In this document: one piece after another, positions 1 through 13,857 of the stretch
How positions within the stretch are numbered: position 1 is the stretch's first letter
Layout: the number at the start of each line of letters is the position of its first letter
Assembly (NCBI RefSeq): GCF_037042905.1
Contig: NC_087251.1
Span: forward strand, 16,432,001-16,496,000
Length of the DNA: 64,000 bases
Direction: 5' to 3'
Origin: Lytechinus pictus
Taxonomy: Eukaryota
The notes under the pieces: generated by a model
What the model was told of the DNA's origin: nothing
The model's input: the letters and a program-made list of their open reading frames with translations, nothing else
The model's database searches: none
Made by a program: the position numbers and the translations under genes

Positions 1-401
1 GCCAACATGTGAAGAGATTTTAGTAATTCATTTAAATTTTTGCCGACCCACTTCTATGTTTCTAGTTCATCTTTCAAAGTTAATGTGCCATGGCACCTTT
101 ACACATGATTTTGATCATGTAGTTATGTAATATACCCCCAAATTAATAATTGTTTCCACACTTCACAGCTTTCATTACATGATATTTACCAAGTTACATG
201 TAGACAGTGTTAACAATATGCTTATTGCTTCTAAGATTTCCTGTGGGTTTTTTGTTAATAAACATTGAATGGTCTTCATATTTGTGAGCATGAAGTCATA
301 AGATAATTCTTATGTTTATGAAAAATGTCAAGGTAAATGTATCAAGAATAATGCTCATTTGCTGGAGACTGTGTCCCAGAGTTCAATTTCCCTTTAATTA
401 A

Positions 402-1589
402 ATGGGAAGTCCACCCCAACAAAAACTAGATTTGAATAAAAAGAGATGTAAAATGGGAAATATATGACATTTTGAAATTTCCCTTTATTTTTTTCACAAA
501 ACAACTTTTAAATGAGAATCTATCATGCAAAAAACTATTCCTATGTATTTTTTGTAAGAATTAACACTCTGCATACTTTTGTCTCACAATATATGGAGGA
601 CAAAAAATTCATACATTAACCCTAAAATGGACGGGGGGGGGGGGGGTGAATCAACCCCCCCCCCCCCCTCAACATTTTCAGCGATCATTCCGCCGCGCGA
701 AATTTTTTGACCGCGCCACTCGCAGAGTTTATACTTTTAAGTCTCGCGCATCTTTTGAGACCAAATTTACGACGCCCAGGTACGCGGTTCCGAAATTACG
801 CAACATTTTGTAAGTGCATGTCAGACCAAAAATTGTTCCAAAACGTGATTTTGTGTACAAAGTCAATGCAAATTGAGTTTTCTCATCTTATTCATAAAGA
901 TATGATTATTTTTACTTTAAACAGCTGAAAGCAATTGTTTTTAGCATAATTATGCTTCAAAAAGGTTGTGCAATAAATCTGGTGAAAAAAACAAAGAAAA
1001 ACAAAGAAATACATAAGAAATTCATAACACAATAAAATACATAAGAAATTTATTTCCAAACCGAAGTTTTTTTCAATTGCCATTGTTAAGAATGCTACAA
1101 AGAATATTTTTACCAAAAATTAGCATTCTAGGAGCTTTATTTAGTGAATTAGAGCAAAAAGTATGATTTATGCATAAATTAGCATAATTAATTCATATAA
1201 AATAAAATCTCTTTATTTTGGAAAATTTTACCATACAGCCTTGTAAATTACATCGCACACTACCAGCGTGCAAATTTTTGCGGCGCTCGCGCGATCGGCG
1301 GCCGAGATCTCAGGGGGGGGGGTTGAATCAACCCCCCCCCCCCCCCCCCCCCCCCCCCCGGCCACAGAACAGCCAAAAAAGCCCGGCCTAGTTAGGGTTA
1401 AAGTACAAAATAGTGAGTGGGTGATGTCGTCATCCATTCCCTCACTTGTATACTGATCAGGAAGTGTATGTGAAATAGAGCAATAAGTCAAAACTTTCCT
1501 ATTTTACATCTGATTTTGATGGATTCTTATCATTTTTGTTCAATTTTTTCCTTTAATTCAACAAACTATTTGTCAAGGTGGAGCTCCCT
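402..1589. mobile_element. Decayed TTAA-flanked MITE (Kolobok-like) carrying a nested insertion
   Basis: TTAA-ATGGGAAGTCCACC ... GGTGGAGCTCCCT-TTAA; related copy near 57206-57759. Confidence 0.5.
620..1397. mobile_element. piggyBac-like MITE
   Basis: TTAA at 616-619 and 1398-1401; termini CCCTAAAATGGACGGG / CCCGGCCTAGTTAGGG; internal G-run/TGAATCAA/C-run hairpins; CpG retained. Confidence 0.8.
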
Positions 1590-2334
1590 TTAATATATCA
1601 TCAACGACATCGTATGGTAAAATAATAAAGCAACGTATTCATATGAGGTCATGTGCGAGGTTCTTACACTTTGAATAATAAACACAAGAGACTGCAATTT
1701 TTTTCAGAGTTTTCATTTTGTTTATTTTTTTTCTTGAAACTTCCTCAGCTTCACTGAGAAAAAGATTGCTCAAAATACATACTTCCCAGACAAGGTCTAC
1801 TGTTAACACATCAACTACATGTTCCCTCCTATATGATCTGTGAAGAATGTTCATTTCCTTTTTCATAAAAATTGTTGTCAATGATTTATAAAATACCTTC
1901 ACAGCCAAATGTAACGATTTCAATGATTAATATTGATCTTATCTCCTTCGTATTGACAAGTTGTTTTTCAAACTGACCCATTTTCACAACAAAGTTCTAC
2001 GAACAAAAATAAAAGTGACCAGTTACGATGATTTGTTGCATGAACATATGATCCACTACATTGCCAATCTTCCAATCAGGACCATTGTTCCATGAAGCTT
2101 ACTCAGTGCTGACAACTGAAACACCCCCTGAAATTTGATCACAGGGTTTCCATCATTGCATTTGGTTAAAAATCCCAGAGTCCATATCAGGACTATTTCA
2201 TAAAACCTGTAATCAATGACAAGCAATATAAAGCTATTGCTTCTTTTTCCCCCAGTAATTTATGTAACAGGACAGCTCTTTTGTATTTGTTTGTCCTCTT
2301 TTCGCTCAAAGTACTTGAGGGGTGTGTTTCACAA

Positions 2335-2677
2335 GGTTAAGACTATATTGGCGTCGATTTGGCACTCGTAATCAATGGGGTTTATTTAGTCAGACTACGC
2401 CTCGTGAATATTCATGGGAATAGAATGTGTAATTTCCAACGCAACGATCAGCTCGACTGGTGTAAAGGATGCACTATTGTGAGTTTACTGCAGTCAAAAC
2501 CACTGACGCAGGTTAGAGTTTCACCTTGAACGATTTTAAAGTTCTCTTAATTATTGAGGCAAGACTGAACAAAAATACAAGTCCAAGATTTGTAGTCCGA
2601 TTCAAAGCCTCCAAAACAGAGTCAGCCCTTATCATATTGGTTGAGTCTGCCGAATTAACACCAATATAGTCTTAACC
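2335..2677. mobile_element. MITE with 9-bp TSD (Mutator-like)
   Basis: 17-bp perfect TIR GGTTAAGACTATATTGG; TSD GTTTCACAA at 2326-2334 and 2678-2686. Confidence 0.9.
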
Positions 2678-4040
2678 GTTTCACAAAGAGTTAGATTTAA
2701 GCCTAATAAAAAGTCATGCTTAAGTGCAAACAGGCACATGTTTATTCGTGTATCAATCATGTGCAGTCCTTGAATACCGGAAAACTGAAAGATTTGCTCA
2801 TTTGAAAGATCTGCTCATGTACAAATATATACGCTGTGCACAAGTAGACTGCTCAATATATGATGATCCCTAAAACTGTTTAAAAAATCTTATAAGCCTG
2901 TGGTTCCAAGGATTATCAAAGCTGGATTCCATAAGTCAAAAACACAATTTCATAATTATAAATGAAGTGTACGTAATCACAATTTTTCAATTCAATACTG
3001 AATTTCGATGACCCGTTGCAAATTTTCCAATATTGTGAATGCCTGGAGAAAAAAAATAGATTTCTAAAAATAAAACAACACCAATCGACTCCTAATGTAA
3101 GTCACAGAATACAGGTATTATTCACACACATTCTGATATCAGAATGTTTGAATCATATACCCATTCGAAGAAGAAAAAAAGAATTCTAAAATATTAAACA
3201 ACCTCGTCTGGTACTTGTATGTTTGAGCATTTTTTTATTATTTAATACTATTAAATACAAAGACAGACACTGAGACACTCTCATTCGCAGTATGTTTGAT
3301 CTAAGACACCAAATACTGCATATCGGTATTTTACACTTTACAACATTTGTACAAAAATATCCTCTCCCACTGATCACATTATTTCCTTTTACAGTACATA
3401 TATGTTCAGCTATCGTCACATGTTCAGACCGTAAAACATGCCATTGTTATATTGTCAGACATATCATGCTGCTGCCATACCTTTATGTGAAGGCTACCCA
3501 TCAATGTTACATAGATGTAGAGCCATTTTGATTTAACATGCTGAATACTAATTCTGCAATACTCGTAGGCTTTACACCATGATACTTAAGTTTCAGTAGG
3601 CAATGGGTTAAAATCCAAAATACAGTGAAACCTGTATAAACAACACAACAAAAACAAAACGGGAGGTCTTCATGGTCGGTTTTATGTTTGTACGTGCCCC
3701 AGTGATAAATATTTCATGGAACCAAAATGTGGTTTTAAGTAGGGCACCTTGTCAAAAGTCTACAGCTTCGTCTTGCAGGAATCCCACAGCAAAGGGTCTT
3801 TTTGCGTCTTTTGATTGCAGCTTTCCCTCATTCTCCATTGTTTTGTCTATGGTGAAGTGTGAGAGTTGGTAATGAAAGGCCGTCTGCAGGATTCCCACAC
3901 GAAAGATAAAGCTCTGATTATTGACAAGGTTAAGTTTACAGAGTGGCGATACTTATGCATAGGTGTTCGCTAAAGTGGAATAGATTTACTTGATTCAATT
4001 AATCCTACATAAAGCCTTTCAATTATTGAAACCTTGGGAA

Positions 4041-4430
4041 GGTAAATTGCCAACTCATCCACTTACCACATGGTCTATCTTTATCTACTCTAATGCCATT
4101 CCGTCCATCAACATTTCGTCCAACAACCATTTGGTCCAATAACCATTTGGTCCGATCATCACTTCGTCTAATCACCAGTTCATCTATGACCATTTCGTCA
4201 AATAACCAATTGGTGTAATACCCATGTTCTTATTGTTCATTTTGCCCAATTACTAGTAACACTCTTCCAATTAGACCAAATGGTTTATGGACTAAATGGC
4301 TACTGGACCAACTGGTTATTGGACGAAATGGTGGGTGGACGAAATGGCAATTAGACCATGTGGATAGTGGACGAATTGATGATAGACCAAATGAAAGTAG
4401 ACGAGTTGGTAATTAGACGAATTGGCATGT
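4041..4430. mobile_element. Foldback repeat built of short CATTTCGTCTAA/TTAGACGAAATG-like units, copy 1
   Basis: Left and right halves are reverse complements; related copies near 32588 and 61895. Confidence 0.7.
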
Positions 4431-5920
4431 TAATAAACCCCACTCCAAGTCTGCAAAGAAGTACAAACCATTCAACTTAAGGACCAATAAGGATGTGTTT
4501 CAAAGCTCTTTCTAAGTTTGAAAATGCACCAATGGAATTTGGTCAAACCTTCAGTAAACATGTTTCCCTCATTTTGCTGCTTTTGTAGAAAACACCCAAT
4601 GTTGGGGTCTTGTCTTGTCTAGGGTTAAGTCGGCATATGCAGGCTTGCTGTACTCCAACTTTGTTGAAAAAAGTGAGGTCACCGAGCAAGCAGGTTACTT
4701 ACTAGGCTTTTGGATGATTTTTGTTTTGAAGGAGTCAAGTGAGGTTATTAAAGTGGACTTCCTCTTTTAAATGTAAATTAAGGCCAAGTTTTATTATAAA
4801 TGCTTGCAGCAGAAAAATAAAGAGTGATCAGTGATTGCTTTAGTCCAAGAGAACTAGCAGCATAGCAATTATAAAAAAAGAGAAAACTTATACACTATTA
4901 TGATATCAAACTTTGGAATAAGAGTCTTTATTATATCCTCTGCAGCATTCCTTCTACACACACAAACCACAGTCAACCTTCATTATATAATCCCTTATAT
5001 TTCCCCTTTCTCAGTATGACAGATTATACCTCAAGAACCCACAAAGGTCCCTTAGGTTATTTGCCTGCCTAAGGATTAGGGATAAAAGATATTTCATAAA
5101 CCAAGACAATATTGGATAGTGGAACCTCACGTATCTTTTCTACATAAATGAATGAGATACATAAATGAATGTCAAATCCCAACCAAATAATTGAAAGTTT
5201 AGCATATATTTGCAAAAGGACCAAATAATTCTTCTAGAAACCTGTATGGTTACAATTATTTAAGCTCTTAAGCAACATACCAGTCCCCAATTTCTTCCAG
5301 AAAAAATTGTTATAAGTTAATCTTTATTTCTAGAAAGCATGTATTCCAATTGCTCAACAATTAAAAAGCACAGAAAGGATAGACTTACTTTCTAAGATTA
5401 GAGTACTTAGGGCATTTTTTTTCATAATATGTTTAGCATTCAAGATGTACACATTTTGGCAAGTTATTTGTGGGCTGGTCTTGGTTGATCTTCATTATTG
5501 GAGCCTAACTTGTGACACAAATGTGGTCCCCAGGCTTCTAGCATGTCATATAGCCAGCATACAGATTTATACAGATTTGCCAAGATTAAAGCAACTACAA
5601 ATATGACATCATAGGCAGAAAGTGGGTCATAGCAGAGGTTCCACAAATAGTCTGAAATCTTAACACAGTTTTGGTAGTTGCTTGACAGCATTATTCTAGG
5701 GGAACACATGATTTTTGTTTTATTTTTTAAAAAGCTCTTTTAAATCAAAGAAATGTCTATCAGCAATGGGGACACACTTTGACCATTGCTGCATAAAACT
5801 GTTAACATGACATGCTTGATATTCTAGACATATTAATAAGAAATCTAAATGGGCCGACCAACCTGGACGATCTAACTAGAGTGTGCTGACATACGTATGG
5901 CAAGCCATATTATCATTTAA

Positions 5921-6627
5921 CCATAGAAGGACTGGGCTATTTGAGATGTATTGGGGACTGGGGGGGGGAGGCTATGATGGCTCCCCCTTCTGATCTCGGC
6001 CACTGTTCGCAAATTTGGCACACACATTCTTTACCGCATAAACAGCAAGCCAGTATAAAAAAAAAATTATTTATTATATATAAAATATTCAAATTTATTT
6101 TTGAAAAACTTTATTTGCATATTGAACACCCAACTTCATTTCAAATTTTCTTTTTTCTCCAGACGTCATCTTTGTAATCATATTTAAAGGTTTCCACAAA
6201 GAATAATTGCAAGAGCCAAATTTTTCCTTGTGAATTTCTTTGTTTTTTTAATTTATGTATTTCTCTGTTTTTTCATCTTTTATTTTTCATTGTTTTTTTT
6301 CAATGGAAATAATTACAGCCCATTTAACAACTAAATTAAACCCTAAATTAATTAAGCAGACCAATTAGAATAAAACATAATCACCCTTTTTCAAATTTCA
6401 TCTCCCATAAACTTTGTACACAAGAGTATAAAAATGAGCCATTTTCGGCACAACATTGCCTCGTAAAAAGTCACATGGCATCGCGATGCTGTACCCATAC
6501 GTTGCGAATTTGGTCTCAAAAGTTGCGCGAGACTTCAAAGGAAAAAGTCATAAGATTTTGCGCAGCTTTCTTTTTGCGTTCCAGAAATGTAGTGCAAAGC
6601 GTTGAGGGGGGCCTAGTCATTTTAGGG
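5921..6627. mobile_element. piggyBac-like MITE (decayed) inside an older TIR element
   Basis: TTAA at 5917-5920 and 6628-6631; right end TTTAGGG; enclosed by a perfect 19-bp inverted repeat GACATACGTATGGCAAGCC (5888-5906 / 6666-6684). Confidence 0.65.
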
Positions 6628-7011
6628 TTAATTTGATATCAAGAAATAGGTTAATATTTTCAAACGGCTTGCCATACGTATGTCTACAAATGCTGCTCAA
6701 TCATTTAAGTGTGACAGCCCCTACATTGATTGCTTGCCAGCAGCATCAGAAAGTAGAATAAGAATGTTCTCTCAAGTGGAAATGAAAAGTAGCACTCCAT
6801 AAAAAGTATACTCATGTACCAATGTGATATTTCTATGCAAATACTGTAAATCTAAAAAATAAAATATTAAAAATGCATATGCCACTAAACCCTATTCTAA
6901 TATAGAATCTACTTTCTACTTAACCAGAAAAATGCCCTCACGATCCTTATGTAAAAATGTATCACCACTTGTGTGTAATACCAATTGAGTAAACTACAAT
7001 AGATTCAGATA

Positions 7012-9250
7012 TTTATTCTCCTAAAAACTACAATAACATTACATCTACTTGTCAATATTTTAAGTCATTGTTTTGTTAAAGAAAATAAGTAGTTTCATTT
7101 CAGAAGATTTTATGGGTTTTAGTTTACTCTCGTCACAACCACTTCAAACCGGTCAATGTATACTAATTTCTTAGATATTAATATTTCCTTTTATAATTTA
7201 TAGGTTTTATGTGTTGCTGTGAACACGTTAACTTTCACTTATCTTTCAGTAGGAATGTGCAAGTTCAAGGGGTCCTACAAATAATTTGACAAAAGGAAGC
7301 AAGTAACAAATGTGTGAATTTCCTTTAACCCCCCCTCCAGAATATAAAATATGGCTGCCAGTTTCATAGATGTCAATGCATTTATAGCATGATGATAAAC
7401 CAAACGTCTCTACATGAAATTTTGCATTGAAGAAAGTAATTAATTTGTAACAAAATAACATGTAAATTCATTAAAAAAAATATTTTGATTAATATGTCGC
7501 TTGCTTCTATTTGTCGAATCCAAACAAGTTCAAATCAAGATTTACCATATCAAAAATTTAAATGCAACTTGCTCGAACCAAGTCATGCAAGTGAATGCCC
7601 CCATATTTTATTGGCTCCCAATGACTCTTTATATGTCCCAACAAAGAAGTTCACTCTATCCACAAGTTTGGTTACCACAATTCTGACTAACACATTGATT
7701 CATTTGATACAAGAGTAAGACCATAGATCAATGCTAGGGTTCTCTTTACTCCCATCATAACATTTTGGACCAGATCACACCATTTCAAATTGATTCGCTT
7801 TTTTCTTCATATTTATTTTTTCACAATGTTTTACCCGCTGATGATTAATCTCACAGGTCCAATTACGAAGCTAAAGCAATGATATGGAAATAATATGGTT
7901 GCTGCGTTAATGTTCACACTTGTCCAAACCTGGACAATACCTGCTTTAACCTATTCACACCAGTGACTTAATCCAGTATAATCTCCCAATACATTTGTGT
8001 TCCAATCTCCTCACCTGTTCACATCACTATCTTTAAACTTTAGATATCATACATACATCTTGATTGCACTCCTAAATTCTTTCTGTACATCCATTCAATT
8101 ATCCACTTCCAATGCAATTTTCAGTTCAAAACTATGTAGCACTCTTCCATGGCACATCATAGCGTTTAACCACTAAACCATTTGTTCTTTATCTTCAGCT
8201 CTATTTAGTTTCCACCATATAACGAGTCAAAATCTTGACACTTATGGTCTTAGAGGCATCAGCATAAATGCAATGGTTACTTCTTATTTTTCTTTAACCA
8301 ATGACTCTCCCAATAGTTGTATCCTGTCTCTGTTGGAAAGAGGAAAACTCCATAGCAATTACTGTTTATGCCTACATGGTGACACAGATACATGTCCGCT
8401 CATCATATACTTTTTGCTTTTTTAATCCACAATCTGTTACAGATGCAACATCTAAACACAACATAGTCAGGAAGAAAGAGAGAAGACATATAGCAACATA
8501 GACAGACAAAGAGAGCCAAAGAAAATAAAAGAGAAGGACAAAAGGGGATTAGGAAAAAGAATGTAAGAGTGTTGGAGAGAGAGGAAAAAGGAGAGTGAAA
8601 AACAAAATGAGAGAGTTGAAAATGGCACAATCAGGAATCCTAACTAAACCTTAAAAATGTACAAAGAGAAAGGAAATTAACACAGTGATAAAATGTCAGA
8701 GAACAAGAAATAATAAAAGAAAATTGTAAAACAAAAAAAAAGAATGGCCAATTTACGAGACCGAGGGACAGAAACAGGACATGGTGCTGCATAAGGTTAC
8801 AGAGGAATAAGTAAATGAATTCCTGGTGTGTGCACTCTCCTGTAACACTTCAAACCTGAAGTACACTACCGCCAAGGAAACTGAGATTTTCCAAATTTGT
8901 TTTCGTCCTGCCACAGTGAATGAGGTTACAAGCTCTTCCAGAATGAGAATGTTCCAACAGTATCATCACAATGCCAGAATCAACACATCTATTCCAAGCA
9001 ATCCTGGACATGTTCAAACTGCTTATCCACAAATCTGCTGCCTCAGCGCTCTCATATTACCTTCCCCCAGATCCTCAAAAGTGTCCAACATGAAGATTTT
9101 TCCATTCTGCTAAAATATTGCCCTCCAGTACAATCTCAATGCATTGGAATCAGGTAGTTTTTTCTACTTGGTAATCTCAAGTAGTCCAGCCAAGAGAATG
9201 TCCATTATGGATGTAATAGTCTTATAGTTCATTTCAGTTTCAGGTTCCTG
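7012..9250 (-). other. Probable WDR26 3' UTR (end uncertain)
   Basis: Repeat-poor sequence after the stop; minus-strand AATAAA at 7817-7812 and 7017-7012. The cleavage site cannot be fixed from sequence. Confidence 0.35.
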
Positions 9251-9276
9251 TCAAACTTCTGTGCTGCCATCGGTAT
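9251..9276 (-). CDS. WDR26: WDR26 terminal coding exon 13 (DTDGSTEV-stop)
   Basis: Acceptor CCTTTCTGTTGCAG; read from the phase-1 donor of exon 12 it gives DTDGSTEV then TGA at 9253-9251. Total CDS 1755 nt = 584 aa plus stop. Confidence 0.8.
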
Positions 9277-9736
9277 CTGCAACAGAAAGGCCAAACAACA
9301 ATATTACAAGTTAGTGCTTCAGAATGAAAGGTAATGGAGTACTATTCCTGCAACTTATTCCATGGGTAAACAGTTTTATGCAGAGACTTGATTAAAATGT
9401 GCACGATATGAACATTGAGTATTATCATACTGATAATCATATCTGAACACCCAAAAAAAATACATTAAAGTGGTTTGCCATATCTGAACACACTGAACTA
9501 ATGTTAATGAGGTTTACTGCATCATCAGGGATACTAACCTCATGAAATATTTCATTGCAATATTTTAAGAAAAAAAGGGTATTTTGGGTGGTAAAAGAAT
9601 ATTTTCAGCTTTCCTGCATAAGACATTTTGAATTTTGGGAAAATGACTTCTTTTCATGAAATCTGCAGTATTTTCATTAGTAAACTATTCTAAATTGCTG
9701 CAAAATGGAAGAGTTGGCATCTCTGGACCATATGTG

Positions 9737-10028
9737 GGCGCATCTTGGTCTAGTGGTTCTGACTCTCGCCTTTCAAACTGAGGGTCATGGGTTCCAATCC
9801 TAGCCATAACGTGTTTTCCTTCAGCAAGAAATTTATCCACACTGTGCTGCACTCAGCCCAGGTGAGATGAATGGGTACCCGGCAGGATTAATTCCTTGAA
9901 TGCACGAGCACTGAAAGGCAGCTCGAGATAACGTCAGGGTAATAATAATAACAATGCGCCTCGGAATAGATTGTTTCTAGATAGATGGCGCTATACAAAT
10001 GCCTATTATTATTATTATTATTATTATT
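9737..10028 (+). mobile_element. tRNA-derived SINE in WDR26 intron 12
   Basis: A box TGGTCTAGTGG, B box GGTTCCAATCC, (ATT)n tail, 7-bp TSD ATATGTG (9730-9736 / 10029-10035). Confidence 0.88.
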
Positions 10029-10048
10029 ATATGTGAACGAAGCTTTAC

Positions 10049-10216
10049 CTGATGACTCATCAGGACCCCAGACCCTAATGGTGGTGTCATCTGAGACGGA
10101 GACAAGCATGTTAGGAAGAATAGGATTCCAGGCAACACAGTTCACTGTCCTGGTGTGGCCCTGCAATACTGCTATTGGTAACTCCTTCTTAGTGTGCCAT
10201 ACATATACATTATTAT
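10049..10216 (-). CDS. WDR26: WDR26 coding exon 12 (last WD40)
   Basis: TTCAG| 168 nt |[62 protein letters not shown]. Confidence 0.94.
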
Positions 10217-10649
10217 CTGAAAAAGAGAAGAATCAAGATTCAAGATATTTACTTTCTATTTAAACATAGATATTTGTCCTCTACATGTGAATGATATAAA
10301 CAATAAATGAATATAAAAATTCATCGAGATAAAAAGAACAATACCATAGCAAAAACATATCACAATTTCACGTAAATTTTCATTAACATGTATAAAATTT
10401 CAACCAGTCTACCGTAGTAGTAGTAATAGTACTCCAGGTTTTAAATCCTGTTTAGTTCATGGTTGTCAAGGGAGGGGGCCTAGATTTACCTCACACAAAT
10501 GAAATTGCTCTACCCCTACCTCCACTTTGACCTTCCTACTCTCAAACAACTTTCACTCATTGGTCACCCCCCTTTCACCTCTTGACTAAACCTGAAATAC
10601 AAACACCCTCCTACTCTACACAACAACTATGTAAACACAGAAGACCAAC

Positions 10650-10858
10650 CTTCACTACCACTTGCTACAAACTTCTCATCCACGCCCCCGAAGCACGAGT
10701 GTATTGTGTAGAAGCCATGGGTGACACCCTGAAACTTGCGAATGAGCAGCTTGTCCTTGATGTCCCATAAATGAACTCCCTGGTAAGCCACACTGAGCAG
10801 GGCCTGTCGCTCGTTAGAACTGATAGTGAAGGACATGATAGAGTGATCTTCTTGAAGA
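10650..10858 (-). CDS. WDR26: WDR26 coding exon 11 (WD40)
   Basis: CCTAG| 209 nt |[75 protein letters not shown]. Confidence 0.95.
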
Positions 10859-11327
10859 CTAGGAAGGAAAAAAAGGAAGGTTAAATGCTGTACATTATTA
10901 ATACAAAAAAAAATCACAAAACTATTTTCATTATCACTCTTTTTTTTCAGAACTCTGAAACTTTGCTACTGCCATTGGAAAAGTTTAAACCTTGATCAGT
11001 CTGCCAAATGTAGCATCCTGGAGGTGTCAGGGGTCACAAATCAGAGACAGTTGTTATAGGATCTAGTTACATGTCTAGAAAGTGCCAAGGTAATTCATCT
11101 TATATTTGTGCCAAATCAGTAAGAACATAATCTCAGTAGGACCCCTTTGTATGGTATGCAGCAACAACAACAATAGCATCTTTTTATTAAGTTTCCAGAT
11201 GTCAGTCTCGCTTTTACTAAGGTCAGATGACTAGTGTATAACTTTTAAACTTCACATCACATCAACTTTTATTGAATGCTATTAAACTAATTTGAATTCA
11301 TTGGTGAGTCTTCAAAGGGGAACTTAC

Positions 11328-11473
11328 ACATGTTGGTCTGTGAGATCATCAAAGTTATACGCCCTGATGCGATGATGTGTGTCTGCTGCTAGCACCGTCT
11401 TACCATCCTTCTTCATACATAAACACTGTACCCTTACACCTTCCCAGGTGTCTAGAACATTGCCATCCAAATC
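11328..11473 (-). CDS. WDR26: WDR26 coding exon 10 (WD40)
   Basis: TGCAG| 146 nt |[54 protein letters not shown]. Confidence 0.96.
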
Positions 11474-12110
11474 CTGCAGTAATATCAAATAAGAATTGTA
11501 GACCTCCAGTATATAAAGACCACCTTTGTATAAAGACCTAAACTTTGCTTTCCTTGAGCATGGCTTGTAATCGGGGGACATTCTAAAGGAAGTTAAGGAA
11601 CCCTATCCATAAAGACAATTTGTCTACAAAGATTACTGTTTGAGTTATTTGTATACCAGATTAAAATCAGACAGCACTGATTATTTTCACTAGCTTAAAA
11701 ATACAGGAGAACCAATGTGCCCTTTTCTTATAACAGAGTAAACTCTCAAATGGAGGCATTTCATTCAAACTATCAGATATCTAGAAAGGTAGAAATAAAA
11801 CAGAAAATACCGGTACTGGAATAATGCGGTTTATGTAATTAAATGGCCAGCTCTCTCAAGAGCCCAATGAGTACTACATAATCAGAGAAAACAAAGAGTT
11901 AATGAAAGGCAATGAAGAGCAATAGCTAAACTAACAAGCTAAAGGTAAACTTGGTTATATTATATTTGAAATGTTTGAGTATTATACAAGACAGTTCTTC
12001 AGCTTAACAATGAACCGTTCAGAGTTTCAGACAAAGGATTATTGGGGAATGTGAGAACCTGAACAACTGACTCGCCAATGTCTGATCAGATTCATACTGT
12101 TCAAACTTAC

Positions 12111-12230
12111 ACACTGGTAGAACTGCCCTCTCGTCCCTCCTGTCACAAACCTCCTACAGTCAGAGTTCCATGAGGCACTTGTCAGGCAGTCTTCTGGTGA
12201 CTGACTCATCTTTGTTTTTACTTCCCCTGT
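12111..12230 (-). CDS. WDR26: WDR26 coding exon 9 (WD40)
   Basis: AATAG| 120 nt |[46 protein letters not shown]. Confidence 0.96.
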
Positions 12231-12990
12231 CTATTGTAAACAGAAATGCGTAACTGATTAGTCAAAAGCTGTATTCTAATATGAAAGTGCATTGCACTTG
12301 TGTACTCTTTGCAACATTCTTATGTTCCCTGTCCCTGCATGGGTCATCATTCAAGTCCGGTCCATGGAATATACTTAAATTTCTATAGGTTTTTTATTAT
12401 ATCTAGCTTATTATGTGGGGAGTAGCAAACAAAAAGTACAAATGTTTCACAAACAAAAATAAATCCTTGTGATTATAAAGGGGCACAAATCAATCAAACT
12501 ATTATTTTTCTTTCATTGACCATTGAGTATTAGAACCAAGCCTATCCTATCAACATCTATGAAAAAATAGCAATGGCCACAGTATGGGCAGACTTCTTCC
12601 ATATTTTCTAGTACTCTAGAACATTAAGGGAGAAATTCAACTGCAATAGGGAAAGAGTATCTAAAGAGAAAGATACAGAGAAAATAAACAGATAGTACAA
12701 GTTCATACAAATAGGGTGATGAATGGAATATTGTAAAACAATTCTGGCTAAAGAGATAAGTTAGTCAAATGCCTTTTCATGACTTTTTGTCAGTAATGTC
12801 TCCTCATCCATCAATTGATAATATCAGCTAATGCTCTTAACAATAACAAAGAAGATGCATGTACATGATGACGAAGACGATAAAGGTGATAATAATGACA
12901 GTAACTACATGTATGAGGATGATGACAATGTTTCCTGTCATCCCCTTTTAACAATGCCAACAACTTTGATGAAAATAAAATGATACTTAC

Positions 12991-13131
12991 CTCTGCATTC
13001 CAGACCCATAGTTCTGATGAATCTTCAGGTCCACAAACAATGAGGTATCGACTATCTGGACTCCAAGCTAAGAAAGACACACCAAACGCATGCCCCTCAA
13101 ATGTCTTTTTCCTCTTGATTTCTAACGTTTC
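12991..13131 (-). CDS. WDR26: WDR26 coding exon 8 (WD40)
   Basis: TTCAG| 141 nt |GTAAGT; ETLEIKRKKTFEGHAFGVSFLAWSPDSRYLIVCGPEDSSELWVWNAE. Confidence 0.96.
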
Positions 13132-13718
13132 CTGAAGAAAAAAAATATCAGAACCATAAACCTCCTCTACTGCATCACCATGCAAACCTTCAAAAAATAT
13201 CTGAAACAGAATGTCTACATTAAATTATGTTTCATTGCATAATAAGGTGTGATGATAGTTGAATGGCTTACTTCTTGACTGAATAAATGCTTTTCAGAAT
13301 GGAACGAATGCAATTGACTTCAGACCCAAATATAATTAATCTGACACTTTTCATCAATATCATCCTTTCATAAACATCATCTAGCCAGAAATATTCTTCC
13401 AAATATGGCTTAATAGAAAGATAATTTTCAATCATCTTGATTATTTCTAATTTTAATATGTCTGAAGAAAACATGCATGAAGGTCATCGAAAGATAATCC
13501 ATTTATAAGCATTCAAATTTATATTTATGGCAGTCTTCAGTGTCCCGCCTTACAAAGAAAGGGATTGATCAGAATGAGCTCAACTATGGAAATCCATCAA
13601 TGTCATAATTTTTCATACAGGGACTTTACACACCATCCCTATGGAAACAAAGAGGATCACATTGGACTCTCAAGACACTGGTGCATGCATGGTAGCACAT
13701 AAATAATTTGATGAATAC

Positions 13719-13857
13719 CTTGATAACATCCCATACAATGACTGTCATATCCTTAGACCCTGTAGCTAGTTTGGTGCCGTCCGGTGAGAACTTACAGTAC
13801 CAGACCTCATCACAGTGATCATGTAATACCTGATGAGTCTTGGAGGGAAACTGATTC
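13719..13857 (-). CDS. WDR26: WDR26 coding exon 7 (first WD40)
   Basis: TGTAG| 139 nt |[52 protein letters not shown]. Confidence 0.96.

Noticed and set aside
633..669. Long G and C homopolymer runs here and elsewhere as G-quadruplex signals
   Set aside because: Mostly parts of MITE ends; run lengths are also prone to sequencing error.
9737..9812. tRNA gene (also near 18090 and 51600)
   Set aside because: A/B boxes run into SINE bodies; no convincing cloverleaf or Pol III terminator; one has a tail and TSD.
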